The notes: generated by a model from the letters alone, not told the origin. Counted from the stretch's first letter, positions 10,110 to 18,974 are shown. The stretch: DNA of 64,000 bases from Firmicutes bacterium UBA5493 (GCA_002424045.1 DIPH01000015.1:70550-134549); one strand, 5' to 3'. A program made the numbers and translations.

Positions 10110-10865
10110 CTAGAGAATTAACGAAGCCGAGTCTCGATCAAGATACAAAGTGACATCCGCGTGAGTTCGAAGGATCGATGCAGGGCACTTCGTGCTGATG
10201 GGCCCTTTCAGGGCATCATGCACAGCCTGGGCTTTTCGCCCATCAGGAACAACCGAAATAATCTTCTTACATCTCAAGATGGCTGGGACAGTGAGGGTCA
10301 GTGCCTCTTCAGGAACGTCCTCTAAAGCTTTGAACCAGCCCTCTCCCAATTGTTGCCGTCTGCAAGCATCATCTAACTGCACCACTTTTACCAGAAACTC
10401 ATCTTCAAAATCGGCCACCGGGGGATCGTTGAACGCAATATGACCATTTTCACCGATTCCGATAAAACCGAGCTTAATAGGGTTGGCTTCAATAAGTTGA
10501 GCATAACGCTCACATTCCCCTTCTACGTCTGCGGCGTCACCTTGGATGTACTCTACTTTATTGGGGCGGAACACCTTCTCGATGCGTTCTCTAATCCATA
10601 GCCTGAAACTTGCAGGATGCTCCGGGGACATCCCCTTATATTCGTCTAGATGGAAAGCTATAACCCTGCTCCAATCAATAGTCTGTGTCTTAAGACCATC
10701 CATAAAGGTAAACTGTGATGCCCCCGTCGAAAACAACAGATTTACCATGGGTTCCTGCACACTCTGCAAGTATGAGCTGGTGTCCTCTGCTGCAGCACGC
10801 CCCAACTCCTGCGCATTTTCGTACACTTTGACCTTAATGTTATTGAACTGCATTTCCCTAATCAT
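10110..10865 (-). CDS. Glucosamine-6-phosphate deaminase / 6-phosphogluconolactonase family protein (NagB-like)
   Basis: 251 aa with LFSTGAS, IGIGENGHIAFNDP motifs of the NagB/Pgl family. Ribosome-binding site AAGGAGG 9 nt upstream. Confidence 0.75.
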   Translation of the reverse strand: MIREMQFNNIKVKVYENAQELGRAAAEDTSSYLQSVQEPMVNLLFSTGASQFTFMDGLKTQTIDWSRVIAFHLDEYKGMSPEHPASFRLWIRERIEKVFRPNKVEYIQGDAADVEGECERYAQLIEANPIKLGFIGIGENGHIAFNDPPVADFEDEFLVKVVQLDDACRRQQLGEGWFKALEDVPEEALTLTVPAILRCKKIISVVPDGRKAQAVHDALKGPISTKCPASILRTHADVTLYLDRDSASLIL

Positions 10866-10869
10866 TGAG

Positions 10870-12153
10870 CTAAGCCTCCTTGTTACCTTTGGGGAAGTCC
10901 TTTTCCAAAGCCCAAAGACCTAGAGCTGGATTACTAATGTAAAAGACTTCTTCTCCGTTAACGATATTACGGCCTTCCTTGAGCTGGTCTAGCCTATACT
11001 GGCTGACAGCTTGGGCATAGGGCACGTAGTTGTAATTGACTCCTCGAATCTCCTCTTCCGTCAAATGCTCCACCGCATAGGTGATTTTGAAGCGGTTTTC
11101 CGAGGAACCATGAATTAAATGTGCTGCCACCGACAGATTCTTCCCCAGTTCCTCACTGGTTTTCACAAAGTCTAGAATCTCACGACTGGTCTTATAACCG
11201 AAAGCGCGAATCAAACGATCAATCTCTGGATCTTCGCCAAACATACGAACACCAGGAGCCAAAATGACCAACTCACCATCATCTGCAATGGCCATTCTTG
11301 TGCGATACACGGACTTATTGCCCAGCCAGGTGCTCCTAAATTCGTTGGGATCCAAGTAGACGACAACTTTCTTGAGAGGTTCAGAGAGCAAGTCCAAATT
11401 GCATACTTGACTCTTAGCTACAGCCTGGCTAAACGCCTCGCGCTCCTTGCCCAAGAATAAGCCCTGCAGTGCAGTGGCTTCGTCCCTTGTTTCAGTTACG
11501 GTAAGAACATAAGCCAAGGGCAAATCATGCAGGAAATGCTCTTCTGCATAATCAAACACCTTACGAACGGGGGAATAATCCCGACCCATCATTTTCTCCA
11601 TGCCGTAAACTGCTCCGAGAAAATGGGACTTGTCAATAATATCTTTACCACCGCACCCTACCACGATGTTCTTGGTGTAATTGGCCATCCCCACTACCTC
11701 ATGTGGTACGACTTGACCGATGGACAAGATGAGATCATACTGGCCTTCGAGAATTTCACTGTTGATATCCACAACAATGGAATAATCCACGAGGCCTTCA
11801 GAGACTTCCTTTACAAAACCGCCTGGCACAACGCCCACCGTTTTAACATCGGTGCGCCAGTTATGGTCTAGGTACACCTCAGGCGGTACATCTGCCCCAA
11901 AAATCCGCTGTTTTTCCTCCAAGGTCATGGGTACATGGGTTCCCAAGGCCGGCAAAATTCTTACCTCTGCAGGCTGCAACAAGTGGTGCAACATACTCGT
12001 GATTGGTCCGGCCATGCTATGTGCCCTGGTGCCGTCTGGAGGGATTAGCAACACTTTATCTAGGGGCTTTTCGTATGCACCCAGCCATGTGGCCAACTCC
12101 TTTTGGACGGTCTCTAAATCGATGGGACCGTCTGCCAAGAAACGACTTTCCAT
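10870..12153 (-). CDS. LarA-family (nickel-pincer-nucleotide-dependent) alpha-hydroxyacid racemase/epimerase homolog
   Basis: 427 aa with LLIPPDGTRAHS (D-x-TR motif), ALGTHVPMTLEEK (LarA ALGTHRPMT motif), VVPHE..G and conserved Lys region. Consistent with DUF2088/LarA N- and C-domains. Confidence 0.65.
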   Translation of the reverse strand: MESRFLADGPIDLETVQKELATWLGAYEKPLDKVLLIPPDGTRAHSMAGPITSMLHHLLQPAEVRILPALGTHVPMTLEEKQRIFGADVPPEVYLDHNWRTDVKTVGVVPGGFVKEVSEGLVDYSIVVDINSEILEGQYDLILSIGQVVPHEVVGMANYTKNIVVGCGGKDIIDKSHFLGAVYGMEKMMGRDYSPVRKVFDYAEEHFLHDLPLAYVLTVTETRDEATALQGLFLGKEREAFSQAVAKSQVCNLDLLSEPLKKVVVYLDPNEFRSTWLGNKSVYRTRMAIADDGELVILAPGVRMFGEDPEIDRLIRAFGYKTSREILDFVKTSEELGKNLSVAAHLIHGSSENRFKITYAVEHLTEEEIRGVNYNYVPYAQAVSQYRLDQLKEGRNIVNGEEVFYISNPALGLWALEKDFPKGNKEA

Positions 12154-12174
12154 ACCTTACACCACCCTCTATTT

Positions 12175-12987
12175 CTATACTCCCGAAAACGCTGCAAATC
12201 CGCCATCCACAGGTACAACGATTCCGGTGACAAATCGGCTTGCATCCGATACGAGCCAAATAGCGGTACCCACTAGGTCAGAAGGTTCTCCAAAGCGGCC
12301 CATGGGTGTGTGCTCTAAGATTGTACGGCCCCGAGCTGTTAAATCACCTGTTTTCTCCTCGGTTAGCAAGAAGCGATTCTGCTTGGTCAAGAAGAAGCCT
12401 GGTGCCATTGCATTCACCCTTATATTTGCGGAATAGTGTTTGTTTAGATGGACCGCCAGCCACTGGGTGAAATTGCTTACTGCTGCTTTAGCACCGCCAT
12501 AACCTACAACATTGGTCAATGGCCGTATGGCTGCCATGGAGGAGATATTCAGAATCACTCCCTCTTTTTTCTCTGCGAGGATTTCGCCGAAAACTTGCGA
12601 AGGAAGCAAGGTGCCCATGAAGTTGAGTCGCACAACGTTATCCAGATCCTGTTCGGGTAAATCAAAAAAGGACAAATTCGGGCTTGTGGTTGCGGATGGG
12701 CTATTGCCCCCGACCCCATTCACCAGAATATCGATGGTACCATACTTGGCTAGAATCTCTTCCCGAGCTTGCAGGAGACTTTCCCGATCTAAAGCATCGA
12801 ATGGAATACTGACGGCGTCCCCCCTCGCTTCCTTAATTTCCGCAACCAGTTCATCCGCGGGGTTACGATCCAATACCGCAATTTTGGCCCCGGCTTTGGC
12901 TAGGCCGCGGGATAGTTCACTCCCCAAAATACCTGCTCCACCCGTAATTGCCACAACTTTACCACTCAAATCAAATAATCCTTGCAT
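12175..12987 (-). CDS. SDR-family D-mannonate/fructuronate oxidoreductase (UxuB/YjmF-like)
   Basis: 270 aa with TGGAGILG Rossmann motif and YGGAKAA catalytic Y-x3-K. Resembles the Bacillus SDR-type UxuB. Confidence 0.7.
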   Translation of the reverse strand: MQGLFDLSGKVVAITGGAGILGSELSRGLAKAGAKIAVLDRNPADELVAEIKEARGDAVSIPFDALDRESLLQAREEILAKYGTIDILVNGVGGNSPSATTSPNLSFFDLPEQDLDNVVRLNFMGTLLPSQVFGEILAEKKEGVILNISSMAAIRPLTNVVGYGGAKAAVSNFTQWLAVHLNKHYSANIRVNAMAPGFFLTKQNRFLLTEEKTGDLTARGRTILEHTPMGRFGEPSDLVGTAIWLVSDASRFVTGIVVPVDGGFAAFSGV

Positions 12988-13058
12988 AGATGCCCCTCCT
13001 TGTTCTTGTGCTTTGTCGACATAGAAATTCTTTGAAGTTGTCCTGAAACAAGCTATTT

Positions 13059-13075
13059 AGTTGCGTGACGCAACT
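13059..13075. promoter_or_regulatory. Perfect palindrome AGTTGCGT-g-ACGCAACT, candidate operator upstream of the SDR-first sugar-acid operon
   Basis: 8-bp arms are perfect reverse complements around one central base. Lies between the ROK-gene terminator and the SDR start, about 70 nt upstream of the start codon. Confidence 0.45.
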
Positions 13076-13083
13076 TAGTCACC

Positions 13084-13109
13084 GAAAAAAGAGTGGTCTA
13101 GAACCACTT
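13084..13109 (-). terminator. Rho-independent terminator after ROK regulator gene
   Basis: AGTGGT-N6-ACCACT hairpin followed by U-tract on minus strand, immediately after the stop at 13114. Confidence 0.55.
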
Positions 13110-13113
13110 CAGC

Positions 13114-14349
13114 CTATACATGATCCCACCCATTGGATTTCGGTAGCTCAAAAATATCCTGCAATAGTAAGGTTGCCGCTCCAATTGTCACGGAGTCTTG
13201 CCCCAAACCCACTGGTTCTAACCTTAGGTGACTTTTTAGGGGCTGGAGCACCTGGATACCTACGGTTTCCCGAACCTTGGGTAATATATAATCCAGCACC
13301 GGAAACACATCTCCTCCGATTAAAACCTTCGCAGGATTGAGAATGTTTATGGTGTAGGACAGTGCCAAACCCAAGTGAGCGGCAACCTCTTCCCATAATC
13401 TAAGGGCTGCTGGGTCACGGGCAAACGTGGCCTGGCACAGCTTCTCGAAATTGAGCTGGTTGGGATCTCCTCCGGTAAATGCCATAAGGCTCTGGGCTTC
13501 ACCCTTCTTTAGCAGTTCCCTTCCGCGCTTCAATATCGCATCAATGGATGCAACCGTCTCTAAACAACCTAAATTACCACATTTGCAGCGGGGACCACCT
13601 GGAAGGACAGTAAGATGTCCGATTTCACCTGCACTATAATCCGTCCCAGGAAATAACCTACCGCCCAAGATCACACCTGATCCGATAGAAGAGCCAACTT
13701 TTACTACGAGGATATTTTCCACCGCTTGCCCATTACCAAACCACGATTCTCCAAGTGCCATGGCGTTGGCATTATTCTCCATGCGGACGGGTAAGTCATA
13801 CCTACTTTCAATGTTGACGGCCACCGGTTCATTACGCCACTCAATGGCCGGAGCGAAAACACTAAGACCTTGATGACTATTAACAATTCCATGCATAGCC
13901 ACGCCTATGCCCAAAACAGTAATTTCTCTCTCTTGGGCTCGCTCTAGCAACGAATCTATGACACCATAGACATCCGCCATCACAGCATCCCGGCTGGCAT
14001 CTCGGAGTGGTACTTCCATACGTTCTGTGATCTGGGCGTTAAAGTCGACCAAGACTCCTGCCACAAATGTTGATTCAATGGCGATTCCCACTACATGAAC
14101 GGCGCCGGCAACCAGACTTAACATCACGGGTCTACGACCAAGCCCACTGTCTCCTTCGCCACTCTCCTCCACGAATCCTTCTTCCAAAAGTGAAGCAACG
14201 ATACGAGTGATTGTGGACCGATGGAGTCCTGTCTGGCGCGCAATATCAGCCCGCGAGATTGATCCAGCCCGCATAATGTGACCTAGGACCAATCTGGGAC
14301 TAATCTCTTTTAAAATGGGGAGCTTCTCTCGAATATCCATAGCCATCAT
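13114..14349 (-). CDS. ROK-family transcriptional regulator (NagC/XylR-like) with N-terminal HTH
   Basis: 411 aa with N-terminal winged HTH and ROK sugar-kinase-like domain including the CxCGxxGC zinc motif (KCGNLGCLE). Confidence 0.85.
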   Translation of the reverse strand: MMAMDIREKLPILKEISPRLVLGHIMRAGSISRADIARQTGLHRSTITRIVASLLEEGFVEESGEGDSGLGRRPVMLSLVAGAVHVVGIAIESTFVAGVLVDFNAQITERMEVPLRDASRDAVMADVYGVIDSLLERAQEREITVLGIGVAMHGIVNSHQGLSVFAPAIEWRNEPVAVNIESRYDLPVRMENNANAMALGESWFGNGQAVENILVVKVGSSIGSGVILGGRLFPGTDYSAGEIGHLTVLPGGPRCKCGNLGCLETVASIDAILKRGRELLKKGEAQSLMAFTGGDPNQLNFEKLCQATFARDPAALRLWEEVAAHLGLALSYTINILNPAKVLIGGDVFPVLDYILPKVRETVGIQVLQPLKSHLRLEPVGLGQDSVTIGAATLLLQDIFELPKSNGWDHV

Positions 14350-14366
14350 TCCTGTTCCACAGGAGT

Positions 14367-15647
14367 CTACTTGATCATATGGTTGATAACAGTAACATCC
14401 GTCTTCTTCATGCCTTCAGAGGCAATGTTCCCGATTACACTGATGGTCTCCTCCACATTGGACTTGACAATACCGTCCCCATCCAAAAACTTCAGAGCGG
14501 TAAAGGACATGGTCAGCCCCATAATGGCTGCATCTACTGACGATGCAATTTTTGCTGCACACGACGGTTTGGCTCCATCACAAAGAATGCCCGAAACATT
14601 AGCTAATGTGTTTGTGATGGTATCGCAAACCTCTTCATAATCTCCTCCGAGCATGTAGGTGATGGCAGCACCTGAACCGCAGGCTGCACTTACCGCGCCA
14701 CAATAGGCCGAAAGGCGACCAATACCGGTTTTCTGATGAATGGCCACGAGGTTACTTACACACAGAGCCCTAAACAACTTTTCCTCAGACAATTCATAGT
14801 ATCTGGCATAGACGATAACGGGGATAGAGGCAGCAATGCCCTGGTTTCCGCTTCCAGAGTTGATCACAACAGGCAATTGGCAACCGTCCATGCGGGCATC
14901 GGAAGCGGCAGCAGCTGTAGCACGGGCAACATTCCCGACGGCATTTCCGAAGTTCTCCAGGAGGACCTTGCCCACACTAGCGCCGTAGTCCTCTGTTAAG
15001 CCTGCTTCTGCAATGGCGGTATTATGCTCAACCTGGGGCCTGAGAATGGGCTCAACATCCTCGAGTTTCACAGAATGAGCAAAGTCCAGAATATCTCTGA
15101 CATTCAAGAGCGAACGATCGGTAAGTGTTTCACCACCCTCGGCACTTACTCCTTTATCCAAGAGGATGTTGCCGTCCTTTTCGATCCGCACAAAGCTCGT
15201 GTGGGTATGCAAAATCTCAACTAAGGCGTGGCTTTGCTTCGACGTCCCCTCCACAATAAGATGGAGTTTAGCTGGAGTTTTATCCAAGAGTTCCACCACG
15301 CAGCACGAAGCATCAGCGATGCGCTCCTTCGTGTTTTCAATGTCTTTTTCCTTAACAGAACTTAGGACCGCCAAACCACGATCTGCTTCTCCACCGAAAA
15401 TGCCCAGCCATACCGCGGTCGCAATTCCTTTTAGACCGTTAGAGTGGGGAATGGTCACCGACTTGGTGTTTTTGATCAAGTTTCCACTCATCCTGACCTC
15501 AATTTTCTCAGGAACCTCACCTAGAACGTCCCGAAGCTTAGCACCGGCTAAAGCCAAACAAGCAGGCTCGGTGCAACCTACAGCAGGTACCAATTCTTCC
15601 TCCAAGATAGCAATATAATTCTCGTATTTCACCTTATCAATACACAT
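14367..15647 (-). CDS. UPF0597/YhaM(CyuA)-family serine-dehydratase-like Fe-S protein (L-cysteine desulfidase homolog)
   Basis: 426 aa with AVGCTEPACLALAGA, INSGSGNQGIAASIPVIV, LCDGAKPSCAAKIAS. These align closely with E. coli YhaM motifs. Confidence 0.7.
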   Translation of the reverse strand: MCIDKVKYENYIAILEEELVPAVGCTEPACLALAGAKLRDVLGEVPEKIEVRMSGNLIKNTKSVTIPHSNGLKGIATAVWLGIFGGEADRGLAVLSSVKEKDIENTKERIADASCCVVELLDKTPAKLHLIVEGTSKQSHALVEILHTHTSFVRIEKDGNILLDKGVSAEGGETLTDRSLLNVRDILDFAHSVKLEDVEPILRPQVEHNTAIAEAGLTEDYGASVGKVLLENFGNAVGNVARATAAAASDARMDGCQLPVVINSGSGNQGIAASIPVIVYARYYELSEEKLFRALCVSNLVAIHQKTGIGRLSAYCGAVSAACGSGAAITYMLGGDYEEVCDTITNTLANVSGILCDGAKPSCAAKIASSVDAAIMGLTMSFTALKFLDGDGIVKSNVEETISVIGNIASEGMKKTDVTVINHMIK

Positions 15648-15670
15648 ATGTCACCTCATCATAACCGAAA

Positions 15671-16528
15671 TTAACCTTTAACCGCACCGGCCACTTGACC
15701 GGATTTCTGATATGTCTGCATGACTAGGTAGAGAATAATACTGGGGACAATGACCAAGGTAGTGCCCGCCAGTACCACTTGCCATGGCGTCGATAATCCG
15801 TCGCTGACTGGGAGCATTGAAACCGAAACCATCAGCGTATACTTAGAACTATCGCGCAAATACAGAAGGGGCCAGAAGTAGTCGTTCCAACGGGCAATAA
15901 CCGTGATAGATGCCCAGGAGGCCAATGCTGGTTTGGCAATGGGCACAACAATTCTTCTATAGATGCCAAATTCACTGCATCCGTCAATACGAGCCGAATC
16001 AATGATGGCGTCGGGTATATCCAACATATATTGCCTCAAATAGAAAATACCAATGGCAGTGGCCATCCGCGGAATGATCAAGGACCATAGACTGTTAACC
16101 AAGCCTACTCTGCGCATGATCACAAACATGGGAACCGCACCAACTTCTGGCGAAATCATCATGGTAGCAATGACAAAATAGAAGAGAGCATTGCGCCCGG
16201 GAAAATCGAATTTAGCAAAGGCATATCCTGCCAGGGAACAGAAAAACAACGTGGTCACCGTCCCCACGATGGAGGTAAATGCACTGTTTAAGAGATTTGT
16301 CCAGATTGGAATGAGTTCAAAAAGCCGCTTGTAGTTGGCCAGTGTTGGACTTTGAATACGCAGGGCATTAAACCCAGTAATACTCTCTCCCACTTCTTTA
16401 AAGGAAATAATGGACATCCAGAGTACTGGGAAGAGACAAAAGGCAACAATAATGCACAGCAATCCATGGACAACAAGTTTACGAAGCACTTCCTTTGTCT
16501 TGTAGCTCATAACAAACCCCCCCGTCAC
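15671..16528 (-). CDS. Carbohydrate ABC transporter permease (CUT1 family, MalG-like)
   Basis: 285 aa with EAA-like loop (IDGCSEFGIYRRIVVPIAKPAL). GTG start overlaps the upstream stop (TAGTG); an alternative ATG lies 18 nt downstream. Confidence 0.85.
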   Translation of the reverse strand: MTGGFVMSYKTKEVLRKLVVHGLLCIIVAFCLFPVLWMSIISFKEVGESITGFNALRIQSPTLANYKRLFELIPIWTNLLNSAFTSIVGTVTTLFFCSLAGYAFAKFDFPGRNALFYFVIATMMISPEVGAVPMFVIMRRVGLVNSLWSLIIPRMATAIGIFYLRQYMLDIPDAIIDSARIDGCSEFGIYRRIVVPIAKPALASWASITVIARWNDYFWPLLYLRDSSKYTLMVSVSMLPVSDGLSTPWQVVLAGTTLVIVPSIILYLVMQTYQKSGQVAGAVKG

Positions 16529-17397
16529 TAGATTTCACCCGTCCTGCGTCGTACCATGAACTGAATGAGCGAAATACCAAGCAGAATTACAATCAACACT
16601 ACACCTAACGCAGAACCGTAACCCAATTTGAAGTTGGTGAAAGCGGACGTATACATCAGTTCAAACAACGATGTATTTGATGTTCCAGGCCCAGATAATA
16701 TGTGGGACTCATTGAAAAGTCGCCACGCGTCTACGGTGATGGTGATAAAGCAGAAGAACAGAATATTATTTAGCAGTGGCAGGGTGATACGGAGAAACTG
16801 TTGCCAGCCCGATGCTCCATCCACTGTAGCTGCTTCGTAATACTCATCGGAGATATTCAATAGACCAGATAGGATAATCATTGTGAACCAAGGCGTTAGG
16901 CGCCAGATAAACAAGATCACTACTGGAATCCAGGCATAGGCACTTGTGGTCAACCAGGGAATACGACTTCCTCCCAAGGACACAATGACCTCATTCACCA
17001 GGCCTGCATGTTCTTCAAACAACATTCGGAAAATTAACCCCATGGCCACCGAAGCACAGACATACGGAAGAAATGTGGACGTTTTGAAGAACTGTTTCGA
17101 GCGTAACACTTTGCTATTGAGCAAAACAGCGATGAGTAAAGACAATCCCATGATGCCAATGGCTCCCACGATCCAGTAGCGAAATGTATTCTGGATAGCA
17201 TTGGAAAACATGTAGTCATTCATCATGAGCTGGTAATTTCTCCACCCAATCCACCTCGGAGGCCTTAGCCCGTTCCATTCAGTAAAGCTGTAATACACAG
17301 TGGCAATGGTGGGAACAAGCTGAAATACCAGGAAGAGAATGAGATAAGGTGCGATGAATAGATAGGGATGGCGATGCTTTCTCAACGTCTCCCACAT
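16528..17397 (-). CDS. Carbohydrate ABC transporter permease (CUT1 family, MalF/UgpA-like)
   Basis: 289 aa polytopic protein with ABC permease signature. Confidence 0.85.
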   Translation of the reverse strand: MWETLRKHRHPYLFIAPYLILFLVFQLVPTIATVYYSFTEWNGLRPPRWIGWRNYQLMMNDYMFSNAIQNTFRYWIVGAIGIMGLSLLIAVLLNSKVLRSKQFFKTSTFLPYVCASVAMGLIFRMLFEEHAGLVNEVIVSLGGSRIPWLTTSAYAWIPVVILFIWRLTPWFTMIILSGLLNISDEYYEAATVDGASGWQQFLRITLPLLNNILFFCFITITVDAWRLFNESHILSGPGTSNTSLFELMYTSAFTNFKLGYGSALGVVLIVILLGISLIQFMVRRRTGEI

Positions 17398-17510
17398 GAA
17401 AATCCTCCTTTTCCGCTATTAACCGGCAACGCCCGGAAAACGGGCCTCACCTCGGGCGAGATGTCCTGGCGCACCCATTAGTACGGAGCGCGCCAGGGCC
17501 AGAGTACTCC

Positions 17511-18839
17511 TTAGGGCATCTCTGCCCGGCCAATACGGAGTTTGAGTTCTTTATCCATATTAGCAATTGCCTGTACCATTGTTTGCTCACCGGCCACATA
17601 TTTCTCAATCTCAGCACTGATGATGCCGTCAGCTTCATTGTCCTGTGGCGTTACTGTCATGTTAGGTGAAGGATTGAACAGACCATCAGCCTCGGCTTTT
17701 CGGAACGATTGACCGCCGTAGAAAGACGAGGGTTCTTGCCAGAATGGATCCGACAGCACTTCAAGGGAAACTGGGTTGGAGTAGGGACCATTCAGTCTGT
17801 CCATCTCGTTTACCCATGCGTTGCGCTCTTCAGTATTGGTCGAGAAGTCATACCACATATCCAAGAACAGATCCACGTAGGTGTCGTCTCCCTTGTTTAC
17901 TACGCAGAAGTACGTAGAAACAGGGGCACCGCCGGTGCCTACTTCTTCAAAGACAGGCGCACCCATCACTCGCCAATCACCAACAGTGGCTGTCAGGTTC
18001 CTGCGCAAGAATTCATCCCAGAATGCACCGATATAGAATGTAGCAATTTTGCCTTGATCCGTTGCTTCATAAAGTGGCGGCTGCATCATGGTTGTTCTGT
18101 AGAGAAGCCCCTCGCTGTGAAGCTGATCCAAGAATCCAAGGGCCAGCTTTGTACCTTCGTCTTCGCCGATGACCACATTCCCATTTTCATCCCAGATTCT
18201 AGCATTGGCTTGAGGCATCAAACCGCGACGACCCCAGTAACGCCAGGTATAGGTGGTGGGATCAATATAAGATAGATAGACTTCACCATTGCTGCGTTCT
18301 TTTAGGAGACGTCCTGCTTCAAGATATCCGTCAAAGGTGCCCATCATAGCGGGATCTACGTCATACTCTTCGAAAATCGCCGCATTGTAGAATAACACTT
18401 GGGGACGAACAGCGTCAGGCAGAGCCCAAACACGTCCATCAATGGTGGCATCGAGTACTGCACCGTCCACGAACTGATCTGCGATTGGTGTCCAATAATC
18501 AGTCATGTCTAACAGTAATCCAGCATCAACCAAGTTCATGATGCCTACTGCATCAAGCATAATCACATCTGGCATATCTTTGTAAGCGCCAGCGAGATTA
18601 TCCATGGCGATCTTCTGAACGCCAGCGTGCATGGTTTCGATCTGAACTGTCTCAACATCCACATTAGGAGCAAAGCGATGGATGGAAGGTTGGTAGAATA
18701 GTTCCCGGAAATGAGGTTGTCCAGTAGAGTAAATGAGAATCTTTCCATCTGGATAAGTGTCTTGAGCCATCACAGGAAAAACGCTCATAACCAACGAAAC
18801 GACGACAAGCAACACTAAGGACATTGATTTTCTGTACAT
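17511..18839 (-). CDS. Extracellular solute-binding protein, family 1 (sugar ABC transporter substrate-binding protein)
   Basis: 442 aa. Signal peptide cleaved ...PVMA|QD without lipobox. SBP_bac_1-like. Confidence 0.85.
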   Translation of the reverse strand: MYRKSMSLVLLVVVSLVMSVFPVMAQDTYPDGKILIYSTGQPHFRELFYQPSIHRFAPNVDVETVQIETMHAGVQKIAMDNLAGAYKDMPDVIMLDAVGIMNLVDAGLLLDMTDYWTPIADQFVDGAVLDATIDGRVWALPDAVRPQVLFYNAAIFEEYDVDPAMMGTFDGYLEAGRLLKERSNGEVYLSYIDPTTYTWRYWGRRGLMPQANARIWDENGNVVIGEDEGTKLALGFLDQLHSEGLLYRTTMMQPPLYEATDQGKIATFYIGAFWDEFLRRNLTATVGDWRVMGAPVFEEVGTGGAPVSTYFCVVNKGDDTYVDLFLDMWYDFSTNTEERNAWVNEMDRLNGPYSNPVSLEVLSDPFWQEPSSFYGGQSFRKAEADGLFNPSPNMTVTPQDNEADGIISAEIEKYVAGEQTMVQAIANMDKELKLRIGRAEMP

Positions 18840-18974
18840 TCTTGAGAGTCCTCCTTCTTCGATATCTTACTCAATAACAGTAGGATAAATCTTGTGCTCT
18901 CTAGCATTGATGAGCTCTTGAACAGCACCTCCAATCCCCTCCACATCATAAGACGCGACATAGTTGGCACAGAT

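Noticed and set aside
11852-13024. Long plus-strand ORFs (194 aa at 11852-12436, 170 aa at 12512-13024, 75 aa at 12003-12230) overlapping the LarA-like and SDR genes
   Set aside because: They are antisense to well-supported minus-strand genes with clear family motifs. They have no ribosome-binding site and low-complexity Ser/Pro/Arg-rich translations typical of shadow ORFs.
17398-17510. GC-rich stem-loops (CCTGGCGC...GCGCCAGG, GCCCG-TTTTC-CGGGC) between the binding-protein and permease genes
   Set aside because: Intercistronic hairpins are common in ABC operons, where they modulate mRNA stability and the binding-protein to permease stoichiometry. They lack a U-tract and are not a separate element.
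17709-18275. 188-aa plus-strand ORF inside the sugar-binding-protein gene, and other 60-120 aa antisense ORFs throughout (for example 5206-5862, 6843-7414, 31203-32119, 45526-46206)
   Set aside because: Antisense or out-of-frame overlaps with annotated genes. No ribosome-binding sites and no recognisable motifs.
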